Assembly: GCA_900542035.1 (NCBI GenBank)
Contig: UQMJ01000011.1
Span: forward strand, 4,993-68,992
Direction of reading: 5' to 3'
DNA from: an uncultured Clostridium sp.
GTDB taxonomy: Bacteria > Bacillota > Clostridia > Lachnospirales > Lachnospiraceae
DNA length: 64,000 bases
Positions 36,070 to 46,189 of this stretch are shown piece after piece. A program made the translations under genes and the position numbers. Under the pieces are notes generated by a model. The model saw nothing but the letters and a program-made list of their open reading frames with translations, was not told the origin of the DNA and ran no database searches. How positions within the stretch are numbered: position 1 is the first letter of the stretch; the number at the start of each line of letters is the position of its first letter.

Positions 36070-38339
36070 GCAAAAAGGCATTCGTTGCGCGGATCACAGC
36101 GATATTGTCCCTGATTCTGGTACTGATAACCGTTATTGTTGTTCTGGAACCGGAACGGAAGGATGAGGGGATTACCAGGGCGCGGGCTGCGAAAGCAGTG
36201 GCGCTTATGATGGAATCCAGAGAAGAGATTCTTCAATATGAAGAAGAGAGCGGACGTTCCTATTTTTCCCAGAAAGAGCAGAATAACTGGTATGTACCGT
36301 ATATGGATTACCTGTATGAAAAGAAAATTTTATCAGAAGATTTGACAAAACCTTCTGCAGCAGAGGCTCAGAAAGAGATTACTTATGAAGAGGTCAGCCA
36401 TATAGCGGCGGCTTTTTCCAAACCTCTGGAAGCTTCTGTAGGATTGGTGAGGAAAAACCGGAGCCATCCTTATCCGGAAGAGGATTTCTGGCAGTTTTAT
36501 GACAAATTGCTGGAAGAAACAGGGGCAGCAGAGACGGAAGACGGCGTCAGGACACTGGAAGTCCTGCTGTATGGAACTCCTGCCAACGTTCAGCCGTCAG
36601 AAAGCTGGACGGCTTATACCAGTGAAGGAGATTTCCGGTTTGAAGGGCTGGCTCTGGATGCATACATAGACTGCAAACTGGAAATTATGGTACGGAACGA
36701 GGAAATGATTGCTGTCCGCAAGGTGATTTCAGAAGATGTCGTGTATGAAAACGTATGGCTGGACGACAGCGGCAGCGAAACCTTCCAGGTTCATCTGGGA
36801 AGTATCTGCCGGACGTTTTCCGGAAAAGGAATCGAAAATCTGGAAGAATTCCGGAATAATCTGGTTGATCTGGAATTAAATTCCGGAAACCTGGTAAAAA
36901 TTTCTGTCCAGAATGACCGGATTACCGGAAAGGTGCTGTCAGCTGGCAAAAATGGAATTGAGATCGAAGGTTACGGTCTGATTCCATTAGAGAAAAATTT
37001 CAGGGTCCATAAAGTGTATGGAGAGTATCAAGAACTGGAACTTTCGGATATTTTAGTAGGATATGATAACCAGGAATTTGTGACCAGCAACGGAAAGCTG
37101 TGCGCGGCTCTGATTACCAGAGAGTTCGACGCGGAGAAAATCAGAGTTCTGCTGATGAATACAGGATTTCAATCCATTTTTCATCCTTCTGTGACGTTTA
37201 CTGCGGATACAGGTGCGGTACTTACGTATGGGAAAAAGGAAAAAAGGCTGGAGGCAGGAGAAAGTTTGACCATTGAGCCAGGAAGCAAATATCTGAAAGA
37301 AGGACGTTTAAAGGTTCAGCCGGAAACAGAAGACGGGCGTATCCTGATTTCTTCTATTTCCAGAAACCAGGGCACTCCTGCGTATTGCGGCACGATTGAA
37401 ATTAAGGAAGAGACGGAAGGCCTGACCATTGTCAATGATTTATATCTGGAAGATTACCTGAAAACAGTAGTTTCCAGCGAAATGCCGGCAAGCTATGAAC
37501 TGGAGGCGTTAAAAGCTCAGGCAGTCTGCGCCAGAACCTATGCTTACCGCCAGATTCTGGGCAACAGCTACAGCCAGTACGGAGCTCACGTGGATGACAG
37601 TACCAATTTCCAGGTCTACAACAATACAGAAGAATCGACACGGACAACGGAAGCAGTCAATGAAACGTACGGTCAGATGCTGTTTTACGAGGGAAATGCA
37701 ATCGAGGCCTTTTATTTCTCTACTTCCTGCGGTCATACCACAGACGGAAGCGCCTGGGGCGGAAGCGGAGAGAAAACCCCTTATCTCAAGGCCAGAGAGC
37801 TAAGAGACCGGAAGGAGCAGTTGGATTTGTCCAGCAATGCGGCTTTTTCCGAGTTTATTAAAAACAAGGACTATCCGGCTTATGACCAGAGCTATCCGAT
37901 GTACCGGTGGGAAACCAGGATCCAGGCTTCTGATTTGGAGAAAAAGATACCGGAGCTGGGGACTGTCACAGATGTGGAAATCACAGAACGCGGCCCTGGC
38001 GGAGTGGCCCAGAAGCTGACGCTTTATGGGACTTCGGGAGAAAAGAAGATAGAGGGACAGAACCAAATCCGGAGTATACTGGGGGATTCTGCTTTAGAGA
38101 TTGCCAAAAAAGACGGAAGTACCCAGACGGGATTTTCTATTTTGCCAAGCGCTTATATTTCCATTGAAAAAAGAACCGGCGCCGATGGAATTCTGTCGTT
38201 TTATATTTACGGCGGCGGCTATGGACATGGAGCCGGCATGAGCCAGAACGGCGCTCAGGAAATGGCAAAAGATGGAAAAGATTACCAGGCAATTTTAAAC
38301 TTCTTTTACGAAGGCGCAGAAATTAGGGAAGCAAATTAG
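36066..38339 (+). CDS. SpoIID/LytB domain-containing protein
   Basis: C-terminal SpoIID motifs AQAVCARTYAY, FYFSTSCGHT and GYGHGAGMSQNGAQEMA. N-terminal TM anchor. Confidence 0.85.
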   Translation: MSKKAFVARITAILSLILVLITVIVVLEPERKDEGITRARAAKAVALMMESREEILQYEEESGRSYFSQKEQNNWYVPYMDYLYEKKILSEDLTKPSAAEAQKEITYEEVSHIAAAFSKPLEASVGLVRKNRSHPYPEEDFWQFYDKLLEETGAAETEDGVRTLEVLLYGTPANVQPSESWTAYTSEGDFRFEGLALDAYIDCKLEIMVRNEEMIAVRKVISEDVVYENVWLDDSGSETFQVHLGSICRTFSGKGIENLEEFRNNLVDLELNSGNLVKISVQNDRITGKVLSAGKNGIEIEGYGLIPLEKNFRVHKVYGEYQELELSDILVGYDNQEFVTSNGKLCAALITREFDAEKIRVLLMNTGFQSIFHPSVTFTADTGAVLTYGKKEKRLEAGESLTIEPGSKYLKEGRLKVQPETEDGRILISSISRNQGTPAYCGTIEIKEETEGLTIVNDLYLEDYLKTVVSSEMPASYELEALKAQAVCARTYAYRQILGNSYSQYGAHVDDSTNFQVYNNTEESTRTTEAVNETYGQMLFYEGNAIEAFYFSTSCGHTTDGSAWGGSGEKTPYLKARELRDRKEQLDLSSNAAFSEFIKNKDYPAYDQSYPMYRWETRIQASDLEKKIPELGTVTDVEITERGPGGVAQKLTLYGTSGEKKIEGQNQIRSILGDSALEIAKKDGSTQTGFSILPSAYISIEKRTGADGILSFYIYGGGYGHGAGMSQNGAQEMAKDGKDYQAILNFFYEGAEIREAN

Positions 38340-38360
38340 AGAAGCAGAGGAAAAATCCCG

Positions 38361-38389
38361 TTGACAGTAATTTATTCCTATGCTATCAT
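38361..38389 (+). promoter_or_regulatory. sigma-A promoter of rpsO (about 100-nt leader)
   Basis: TTGACA, a 17-nt spacer, then TATCAT. Confidence 0.6.
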
Positions 38390-38490
38390 TACTGAGTATG
38401 AGTAAACGCCGAAACTCAGCCGGCAGGAACACTCCAACCGCGGCTTGGTTTACGGTAAGGTTTCAATTTATTTTAAGGAGGATATTTACC

Positions 38491-38757
38491 ATGATTTCTA
38501 AGGAAAAGAAAGCAGCTATTATCGCAGAGTATGGCAGAAAGCCAGGAGATACCGGTTCTCCAGAAGTTCAGATCGCTATCTTAACTGCAAGAATTACTGA
38601 ATTAACTGAGCACTTAAAGAGCAATCCAAAGGATCATCACTCCAGACGTGGTCTGCTGATGATGGTAGGTCAGAGACGTGGTCTGTTAGACTACTTAAAG
38701 AAGACCGATCTGGAAGGCTATCGTACACTGATCGAGAAGTTAGGCATCAGAAAGTAA
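38491..38757 (+). CDS. rpsO: 30S ribosomal protein S15
   Basis: [32 protein letters not shown]...[18 protein letters not shown]. Confidence 0.97.
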   Translation: MISKEKKAAIIAEYGRKPGDTGSPEVQIAILTARITELTEHLKSNPKDHHSRRGLLMMVGQRRGLLDYLKKTDLEGYRTLIEKLGIRK

Positions 38758-38770
38758 TTTTGCTGCTGTT

Positions 38771-38800
38771 AGGGTGGAGAGATTTCTCCGCCCTATATTT
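38771..38800 (+). terminator. rpsO terminator/attenuator
   Basis: AGGGTGGAGA pairs with TCTCCGCCCT and is followed by ATATTTGTT. Confidence 0.65.
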
Positions 38801-38981
38801 GTTCTATTTCATAAGGAATTTGCGCAGGCAGGCGCGCTGCGGCAGAAGGATACACCGAGACCGCTGACGTATATATGATTCCCAGACAGGCAGGACTTTG
38901 CCAATCATGTACAGGTCAGTAGTTTCGGATCTTTTACCGCAGACAAAGAGTGATTATTTAAGAGTAAAAAGGAGACACACT

Positions 38982-41114
38982 ATGTATAAGAGTTTTAGTA
39001 TGGAATTAGCAGGCCGTACTCTGACCGTAGACGTTGGCAGAGTGGCAGCACAGGCAAACGGAGCCGCATTTATGCATTACGGCGATACCGTCGTTCTTTC
39101 CACTGCAACTGCATCCGATAAGCCAAGAGAAGGGATTGATTTTTTCCCTTTAAGCGTTGAATATGAGGAAAAGCTGTATTCCGTAGGAAAGATTCCAGGC
39201 GGATTTAACAAGAGAGAGGGAAAGGCATCTGAAAATGCGATTTTAACTTCCCGTGTTATCGACAGACCGATGCGTCCTCTGTTCCCGAAGGATTACCGCA
39301 ATGACGTTACCTTAAACAACCTGGTAATGTCCGTTGATCCAGACTGCAGTCCGGAACTGACCGCTATGTTAGGATCTGCAATTGCGGCTACCATCTCCGA
39401 TATTCCATTTGACGGCCCGTGTGCAACTACGCAGATTGGCTTAATTGACGGAGAGTTTATTGTCAACCCGACCAACGCCCAGAAGAAGGTTTCGGATATG
39501 GCGCTGACCGTAGCTTCTACCAGAGAAAAGGTTATCATGATCGAGGCTGGGGCTAAGGAAGTTCCAGAGCAGGTTATGATTGACGCGATTTTCAAGGCTC
39601 ACGAAGTAAACCAGGAAATCATCAAATTTATTGATACGATTGTTGCAGAATGCGGCAAGGAAAAACACTCCTACGAGAGCTGTGCAGTTCCGGAAGAGCT
39701 GTTTGCTGCAATCAGAGAGATTGTAACTCCGGAGGAGATGGAAGCAGCAGTCTTTACTGATGAAAAGCAGAAAAGAGAAGAAAATATCCGCGCAATTACC
39801 GAGCGTCTGGAAGAAGCGTTTGCAGAAAATGAAGAATGGCTTCCTCTTCTTGGAGACGCCATTTACCAGTATCAGAAAAAGACAGTCCGCAAGATGATCT
39901 TAAAGGATCACAAGCGTCCTGACGGCCGCGGAATTAAGGAAATCCGTCCTTTGGCAGCAGAAGTGGATCTGCTTCCAAGAGTACATGGTTCCGGTATGTT
40001 TACCCGCGGACAGACCCAGATTTTAAATGCCTGCACCCTGGCTCCATTATCCGAGGCACAGAAGTTAGACGGCTTAGATGAAAATGAGACGGCTAAGAGA
40101 TATATGCACCACTACAACTTCCCGTCCTACTCCGTAGGCGAGACCAAGCCGTCCAGAGGACCTGGACGCCGTGAAATTGGTCATGGCGCACTGGCTGAGA
40201 GAGCGTTAGTTCCGGTACTTCCAAGCGAGGAAGAGTTCCCATATGCGATCCGTACAGTATCTGAGACTATGGAGTCGAATGGTTCTACTTCCCAGGCAAG
40301 TATCTGTGCGTCTACTCTGTCTTTAATGGCAGCAGGCGTTCCGATTAAGAGCATGGTAGCCGGCATTTCCTGTGGCCTGGTTACCGGAGAAACGGATGAC
40401 GATTACATTGTATTAACGGATATTCAGGGGCTGGAAGACTTCTTCGGCGATATGGACTTTAAAGTAGGCGGTACTCATAAGGGTATTACTGCAATCCAGA
40501 TGGATATTAAGATTCACGGACTGACCCGTCCGATTATCGAAGAGGCAATCGCAAGATGTCGGGAAGCCAGACTTTACATCATGGATGAGGTTATGGCTCC
40601 GGTTATTTCCGAACCGAGAAAAGAATTAAGCAAATACGCTCCTAAGATTCGTCAGATTACCATCGATCCACAGAAGATTGGCGATGTAGTCGGAAAACAG
40701 GGCAAAGTAATTAACAAAATTATTGAAGAAACCGGAGTAAAGATTGACATTGAAGATACCGGAGCAGTCAGCGTATGCGGCACAGACGCTGCGATGATTG
40801 AAAAAGCTGTCAATATCATCAACAGCATTGTAACCGAAATTGAAGCTGGTATGATCTTTACTGGAAAAGTTGCCCGTATTATGAATTTCGGCGCTTTTGT
40901 AGAACTGGCTCCAAATAAAGACGGTATGATCCACATTTCTAAACTGGCAGACCGCCGTGTTGCAAAAGTAGAAGATGTGGTAAATATTGGAGATGAAGTT
41001 ACTGTAAAAGTAATTGAAGTTGACAAGATGGGTAGAATCAATTTAAGCATGCGTCCAAGTGACTTAGCAAAAAATGAAGAAGCCAAGGAAGAACATGCGG
41101 TTGATGCAGAATAA
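38982..41114 (+). CDS. pnp: polyribonucleotide nucleotidyltransferase (PNPase)
   Basis: Two RNase PH domains, then KH and S1 (GKVARIMNFGAFVEL). RBS AAAAGGAG then ATG at 38982. Confidence 0.97.
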   Translation: MYKSFSMELAGRTLTVDVGRVAAQANGAAFMHYGDTVVLSTATASDKPREGIDFFPLSVEYEEKLYSVGKIPGGFNKREGKASENAILTSRVIDRPMRPLFPKDYRNDVTLNNLVMSVDPDCSPELTAMLGSAIAATISDIPFDGPCATTQIGLIDGEFIVNPTNAQKKVSDMALTVASTREKVIMIEAGAKEVPEQVMIDAIFKAHEVNQEIIKFIDTIVAECGKEKHSYESCAVPEELFAAIREIVTPEEMEAAVFTDEKQKREENIRAITERLEEAFAENEEWLPLLGDAIYQYQKKTVRKMILKDHKRPDGRGIKEIRPLAAEVDLLPRVHGSGMFTRGQTQILNACTLAPLSEAQKLDGLDENETAKRYMHHYNFPSYSVGETKPSRGPGRREIGHGALAERALVPVLPSEEEFPYAIRTVSETMESNGSTSQASICASTLSLMAAGVPIKSMVAGISCGLVTGETDDDYIVLTDIQGLEDFFGDMDFKVGGTHKGITAIQMDIKIHGLTRPIIEEAIARCREARLYIMDEVMAPVISEPRKELSKYAPKIRQITIDPQKIGDVVGKQGKVINKIIEETGVKIDIEDTGAVSVCGTDAAMIEKAVNIINSIVTEIEAGMIFTGKVARIMNFGAFVELAPNKDGMIHISKLADRRVAKVEDVVNIGDEVTVKVIEVDKMGRINLSMRPSDLAKNEEAKEEHAVDAE

Positions 41115-41124
41115 ATAATAGACA

Positions 41125-41158
41125 GGGCCGCTGTCCTTGATGGACGGCGGCCTTTTTG
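41125..41158 (+). terminator. pnp terminator
   Basis: GGGCCGCTGTCC pairs with GGACGGCGGCC and is followed by TTTTTG. Confidence 0.8.
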
Positions 41159-41194
41159 CACCCATAGAACAGATTGCAGCAGAGGAAGACATCC

Positions 41195-42568
41195 ATGAGA
41201 AAAAACAAATTATATGCGATAGGACTGGGATTGGTATTAGGACTTGCATCCCCTTGTATCCCGTCATTTGCAGAAACGGAGGCGCAGCTTCCCGAACTGG
41301 AAGCGCCGTCAGAAACGGAGGCTTCAGCGGAAACACAGGCGCCGTCGGAGACCGAAGCACCGTCAGAATCAGAATTACCAGCAGAGACCGAAGCACCGCC
41401 CGCAACAGATGCTCAGAAGGAATCAGAGACGCTGTCCGCACCGCAGACAGAGGGACCAGGACAGGGAATGTCAGAAACAGAAGGGGGAACGATCTCCCAT
41501 ACAGGGGAAGTCCCAAAGGACTATTCCCAGATTGGTCCAGGGATGGAAATGCCTTCTGGCGGCAGTTCGTCACAGTCGTCCATCCAGGAATTTACATCTA
41601 TGACAGTGGAAAATCCTGTTGTGCAGGTAGCAGAAAAATATTCTTATGAGCAGATGGAAGCAGATATTCAGGATTTGCAGAAGCGGTATGGAACCGCGCA
41701 TATGCAGGTAACCGTGATTGGCACTTCTGCAGACGGCCGGAAAATTTATGATATACTGGTCGGAAATCCCAACGCCGGAAAACACATTTTAATCCAGGGG
41801 GCAATTCATGCCAGGGAATACGCCAATCCGCTTCTGATGATGAAGCAGATAGAAGATATTCTGGCTTTTTACGATACGGGTTCCTACCATGGCAGAGCGA
41901 TTTCAGATTTGTTAAATCAGGTAGCAATTCATTTTGTACCCATGGCAAATCCGGACGGAGTTGCGTTAAGCCAGTTTGGCCTGGATGCGCTTCACTCCCA
42001 GCAGTTAAAACAGACAGTCCAGACGGCTTATACATCGGATCTGGCGGCAGGGCGGACTACCCAGGAGTTTTCCAGATATCTGGAACGCTGGAAATCCAAT
42101 GCAAGAGGCGTAGATTTGAACCACAATTTTGATGCGCTGTGGACCAATACTTCCAGCAACTGGATGCTTCCTTCATTTTCCGGATATAAGGGACTGACGC
42201 CGGTATCAGAGCCGGAATCACAGGCGCTGGTCAATCTGATGAACAGCAATTATCCGTGGGCAGCGGTATTGAATTACCATTCCATGGGAAAGGTAATCTA
42301 CTGGGACATTGAAGGAAACAAAGAGAAGGAAAAATCCCAGCAGCTGGCTCAGCTGATGTCAGCAGCAACCGGCGGCTACCAGATGCTGTACAGCGGAGGC
42401 GGAGGCGGTTTTAAAGACTGGGTTCAGTTAAAGGAAAATCCAGTGCCGAGCATTACAGTAGAAACTGGAAAAATGGATTGTCCAATGCCTGTTTCGGAGT
42501 TTGAAAGCATATGGGTAGAAAACCGGACAGGCTGGGCAGTTACTGCAGAGTTTGTGTTGTCCTACTAA
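41195..42568 (+). CDS. secreted M14-family zinc carboxypeptidase (gamma-D-Glu-DAP peptidase-like) with acidic ETEAPS repeat linker
   Basis: Signal peptide MRKNKLYAIGLGLVLGLASPCIPSFA, HxxE motif IHAREY, NPDG and a later YHS. RBS AGAGGAAG. Confidence 0.75.
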   Translation: MRKNKLYAIGLGLVLGLASPCIPSFAETEAQLPELEAPSETEASAETQAPSETEAPSESELPAETEAPPATDAQKESETLSAPQTEGPGQGMSETEGGTISHTGEVPKDYSQIGPGMEMPSGGSSSQSSIQEFTSMTVENPVVQVAEKYSYEQMEADIQDLQKRYGTAHMQVTVIGTSADGRKIYDILVGNPNAGKHILIQGAIHAREYANPLLMMKQIEDILAFYDTGSYHGRAISDLLNQVAIHFVPMANPDGVALSQFGLDALHSQQLKQTVQTAYTSDLAAGRTTQEFSRYLERWKSNARGVDLNHNFDALWTNTSSNWMLPSFSGYKGLTPVSEPESQALVNLMNSNYPWAAVLNYHSMGKVIYWDIEGNKEKEKSQQLAQLMSAATGGYQMLYSGGGGGFKDWVQLKENPVPSITVETGKMDCPMPVSEFESIWVENRTGWAVTAEFVLSY

Positions 42569-42578
42569 GGAGTACAAG

Positions 42579-43250
42579 ATGTTAGAAGTAGACGGAATCT
42601 GTAAAACCTATCGGAAAAAGCAGGTGTTGTCAGGGGTTTCTCTGACTGCCGGACCTGGACAGTGCGTAGGGATTGTTGGGGGAAACGGCTGCGGGAAGAC
42701 GACGCTTTTGTCGATTTTAGCGGGCGCCAGAAAAGCGGACAAGGGGAGCGTAAAGGCAGATGGAATGGAAATTCTGGGAAAGCCGGCTCTCCAGGCGGCA
42801 AAGATTGCCTATGTACCTCAGGAGAATCCATTTATGGACGAGTTAAGCGTAAAGGATAATTTAAGCCTGTGGTATAAAGGCGACCGGTCTGCCATGAAAA
42901 GGGATTTAGAAGACGGTCCGGCTGCCATGCTGGGAATTAACCAGTTTTTAACCACTCCGGTGGGAAAGCTTTCCGGAGGCATGAAGAAACGCTTATCAAT
43001 TGCGTCTGCTTTGGCAGGCCATGAAAAGATTCTGATTATGGATGAGCCAGGGGCTGCTCTGGATTTAGTATGCAAGGAAATCATCCAGGAATATATGAAG
43101 CAGTACATAAAGGATGGGGGAATCATCATTTTAGCATCCCATGAGCTGGCGGAGCTGGCAGTCTGCTCCAAAATGTATGTGTTAAAAAACGGCATGACAG
43201 AAGAAATTCCCTGCGGCCTGACGGTAGCACAGCTTACTGCCAGATTTTAA
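42579..43250 (+). CDS. ABC transporter ATP-binding protein
   Basis: Walker A GGNGCGKTT, signature LSGGMKKRL and Walker B ILIMDEP. Confidence 0.9.
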   Translation: MLEVDGICKTYRKKQVLSGVSLTAGPGQCVGIVGGNGCGKTTLLSILAGARKADKGSVKADGMEILGKPALQAAKIAYVPQENPFMDELSVKDNLSLWYKGDRSAMKRDLEDGPAAMLGINQFLTTPVGKLSGGMKKRLSIASALAGHEKILIMDEPGAALDLVCKEIIQEYMKQYIKDGGIIILASHELAELAVCSKMYVLKNGMTEEIPCGLTVAQLTARF

Positions 43251-43339
43251 TACCGGAAAATCTGTCACAGGCAGCTTTTCCGGATGTTTTACAATAAACA
43301 TTCTGACAGCAGCAGCTGTCGAGAGAAAGGAGAAGCAGT

Positions 43340-44920
43340 ATGAAGGAGTTAAAAACAAAAAAGGGGATGATAATTGGAGGCGCTGCCATTGCGGCAGCGG
43401 CAGTAGTGGGGATTGGTGTTTTTGCTGTTGCTTCCAAGGATCCAAAGACAGTTGTAATCGATGCGTTTAAAGGCGTATATGCAGCGGATCGGGTCAAGCC
43501 GGCAGAAGAAATGTTCGGACTTGGACAGCTTTTCGAACAGTTTGAGACTACTGGCGGGGAAATGGGGCTGGAGTTTACCTATACAGGGGCAAATGACGAG
43601 ATATTGGATATGCTTACTGGAAGCGGAATTACAGTCAAGGCAGCTTCTGACGTTGTAAATAAGAAATTTTCCGAGCAGCTCGGAATTCTTTACAGCGGAA
43701 TGGAATTAGGAAATCTTACAATTTATGGGGACGAGAATGACCTGATGGCCGCCCTTCCGGATCTGACGACAAAGGTATTAACGATACATTATGCAGAGGA
43801 TCTGTCAGAGCAGATTGCAAATTCCCCGCTGATGGCAATGAGCGGATACGAGATAGGAGAGGAAGAGAAACAGGCCATCGACAATTATGTATCCTATCTG
43901 ACCAGCATCTACAGCGGAGAAAAGAAGCCGTTTGATTTGAAGGGGCTGTGGCAGCGGTACAAAGAAGGAAGCCAGGCCATGGAGAGTTTTAAGGAAGCGC
44001 TGACCGTAACAAAGGCAGACAGCGCCCAGCTTTTGTACAATGGAAGCGAACAGAAGTGTACCGGATACGATGTGGTAGTTCCCAAGGCCGCGTTAATTGA
44101 GTTTTTAAAAACCACATCCAGCTTCTTTCTGGAGGACGAAAGCCTGAAAAATGACGTGATGGAATACGTAATGGCTCTGAGCGTCATGGACGAAATTTCT
44201 TTTGATGCTGCAGACTGGGAAGAACTGGGAACTGCCTGCGACCAGGCGATTGCGCAGCTGGATCAGATACTGGACGGCGACATTACCATGCGGGTGTATA
44301 TAACCAAAAAAGGACAGCTTGCCACCATGGACGCTTCCTGTAAGTTTACAGAAGAAGAGACCACTCTGGATATGAATGTAAAGGCGGCTTTAGAAGGCGG
44401 AAGCTATCCGACCCAGAATGGAACCCTGACCATTACCACTACAGACGGAACCGATACGATAGTTGCCGGTCTTACAAAAAATGGAGAATATACCGACGCA
44501 TCTTACCACAGCCGTTTAGATGGCCAGATTGAATACGGCGGGGAAACCATGGGAATCGGGTATGAAAATACGTATGACCGTACTACCGGAGACTCTGTGG
44601 TACAGATTACCCTGGGCGGCAGCGAAGGACTTGGCATAAATGAAACGGAAATTACCATTAACGGAGTCGTAGACGAGCTGGAAAAGGGCAAAAAGATTCA
44701 TTATACAATGGATTCCCTTGTAGTAAAAGAACCGGCTAGCGGCGTATTCTATGAAGTTTCCGGCGCATTTTATGTGGGAGAGCTTCAGAGTGAGATTGCG
44801 GCTCCAAAAGGAGAAGAGATGGATGTGCTGGCAGCTTCGGAAGAAGACTGGGAAGAGCTGCTGAATGAGATTATGATGAATCTGTACTCCCTGATTTTAG
44901 GAGGCGGTTTGTCTGAATAA
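43340..44920 (+). CDS. N-terminally anchored extracytoplasmic protein of unknown function
   Basis: 526 aa. Has a single TM (IIGGAAIAAAAVVGIGVFAVA) and no motif that I recognise. Confidence 0.6.
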   Translation: MKELKTKKGMIIGGAAIAAAAVVGIGVFAVASKDPKTVVIDAFKGVYAADRVKPAEEMFGLGQLFEQFETTGGEMGLEFTYTGANDEILDMLTGSGITVKAASDVVNKKFSEQLGILYSGMELGNLTIYGDENDLMAALPDLTTKVLTIHYAEDLSEQIANSPLMAMSGYEIGEEEKQAIDNYVSYLTSIYSGEKKPFDLKGLWQRYKEGSQAMESFKEALTVTKADSAQLLYNGSEQKCTGYDVVVPKAALIEFLKTTSSFFLEDESLKNDVMEYVMALSVMDEISFDAADWEELGTACDQAIAQLDQILDGDITMRVYITKKGQLATMDASCKFTEEETTLDMNVKAALEGGSYPTQNGTLTITTTDGTDTIVAGLTKNGEYTDASYHSRLDGQIEYGGETMGIGYENTYDRTTGDSVVQITLGGSEGLGINETEITINGVVDELEKGKKIHYTMDSLVVKEPASGVFYEVSGAFYVGELQSEIAAPKGEEMDVLAASEEDWEELLNEIMMNLYSLILGGGLSE

Positions 44921-44935
44921 GCAACAGGAGGGAAT

Positions 44936-46189
44936 ATGCGGACATTTTTGGTATATGTGAAATTAGAACTGAAAAGGGCTCTGCGATTCCTTCCATGGAT
45001 AGCTGCGGGGGCAATGGTACTGGCAGGACTGCTGGGCTCCATTGCCCTTTTTGCCTTCCGTACGGTGGAAAGCGGAGCAAAGCTGGATAAACTGAAGGTA
45101 GGCGTTGTTGTACCAGAAGAAGATGGGCTGGCAAAAAAAGCAGTATCTATGTTGGGAACGCTGGACAGTGTAGAAAGTATCTGCCAGTTTGTCTTTACAG
45201 AAGAAGCGGATGGAAAAAAACGGACAGAAGCAGGAGAATTTGCCTGTCTGATGGAAGTGCCGGAAGATTTTGTAGGAAGCATTATAGACGGAAGCAACCA
45301 TCCGGTTACCATCTGGTTTCCAAGGCCATTAGGCGTGGAAGAGCAGGTGTTTAAAGAACTGGCAGAAGCGGGAGCCAGAACCCTGTCCAGCGCCCAGGCG
45401 GGGATCTATGCAGCCGGACATATGAACGGGCTTTATGGAATACCGGCAAGTATCCAGGAAGCAGAGCGGTATCTGAATACAAAATACTTATCTTACAGCC
45501 TGGATCGGGAAGGATATTTCAGGAGACGCCAGGTTTCTTCGGCAGGAGATGTTTCGACAGAGGTTCATTATATGGCGGCGGCAGCAGTGTTTTTTCTGCT
45601 GCTGTCCGGTATTCCGGCAGGCCGCCTTTTTGCGGAAGACAGCCGTTCCAGGCAGGAAAAACTGAAACTTTTAGGGATTGGAACTGGAAGCCGGATCGTG
45701 GCAAAAGCGGCGGCAATGACAGTATTGCTGTTCTTATTGACAGGATTTTTAGCGATAGCGGCGGCAATGGCAGGTTTCTTTTTGAAAGATGCTGGTTTGT
45801 CAGAAGCGCTGTCTTCGATCTTGGCGGAAATAGGAGAAAAAAGCAGAGGAACCGTATTTTTCCGGATAGGGCTGGCAGCCGCTGTCTTTGCTGCGTCGGC
45901 ATCCCTCATTGTCCTTTGCTATAGCCTGTCAGGAACGTTGATTGGCGGGATGATGGCGCTGTTTTTGGGAACTTGCGGAATGATGGTAATTTCCGGCGGA
46001 TTTTTGCCGGAAGTCTTTCTGCCTCAAAGCTTTCAAAAACTGTCGGAGTATCTCCCGACTACTGCTTTGCTTTCCGGAATAAAAGGATTTTTCCAGAGCG
46101 GGGAAAACTGGAGCCTGGTTGTCAGGCTGTGGGCAGTCAGCGCCGGTTCCCTTGTGATTGCCGGAGTCAGGAAAGGAGGATGGGCATGA
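44936..46189 (+). CDS. ABC-2-type permease-like membrane protein
   Basis: N-terminal TM, a large loop, then about 5 C-terminal TMs, which is the ABC-2 exporter topology. Confidence 0.6.
   Translation: MRTFLVYVKLELKRALRFLPWIAAGAMVLAGLLGSIALFAFRTVESGAKLDKLKVGVVVPEEDGLAKKAVSMLGTLDSVESICQFVFTEEADGKKRTEAGEFACLMEVPEDFVGSIIDGSNHPVTIWFPRPLGVEEQVFKELAEAGARTLSSAQAGIYAAGHMNGLYGIPASIQEAERYLNTKYLSYSLDREGYFRRRQVSSAGDVSTEVHYMAAAAVFFLLLSGIPAGRLFAEDSRSRQEKLKLLGIGTGSRIVAKAAAMTVLLFLLTGFLAIAAAMAGFFLKDAGLSEALSSILAEIGEKSRGTVFFRIGLAAAVFAASASLIVLCYSLSGTLIGGMMALFLGTCGMMVISGGFLPEVFLPQSFQKLSEYLPTTALLSGIKGFFQSGENWSLVVRLWAVSAGSLVIAGVRKGGWA

Noticed and set aside
41064-41649. Three overlapping ORFs (41064-41573 minus, 41137-41649 plus, 41244-41603 plus) at the 5' end of the M14 peptidase gene.
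   Set aside because: They are products of the GAAAC/GGAGC-rich acidic repeat (ETEAPS linker) being open in several frames. The frame with a signal peptide and M14 motifs is the real one.
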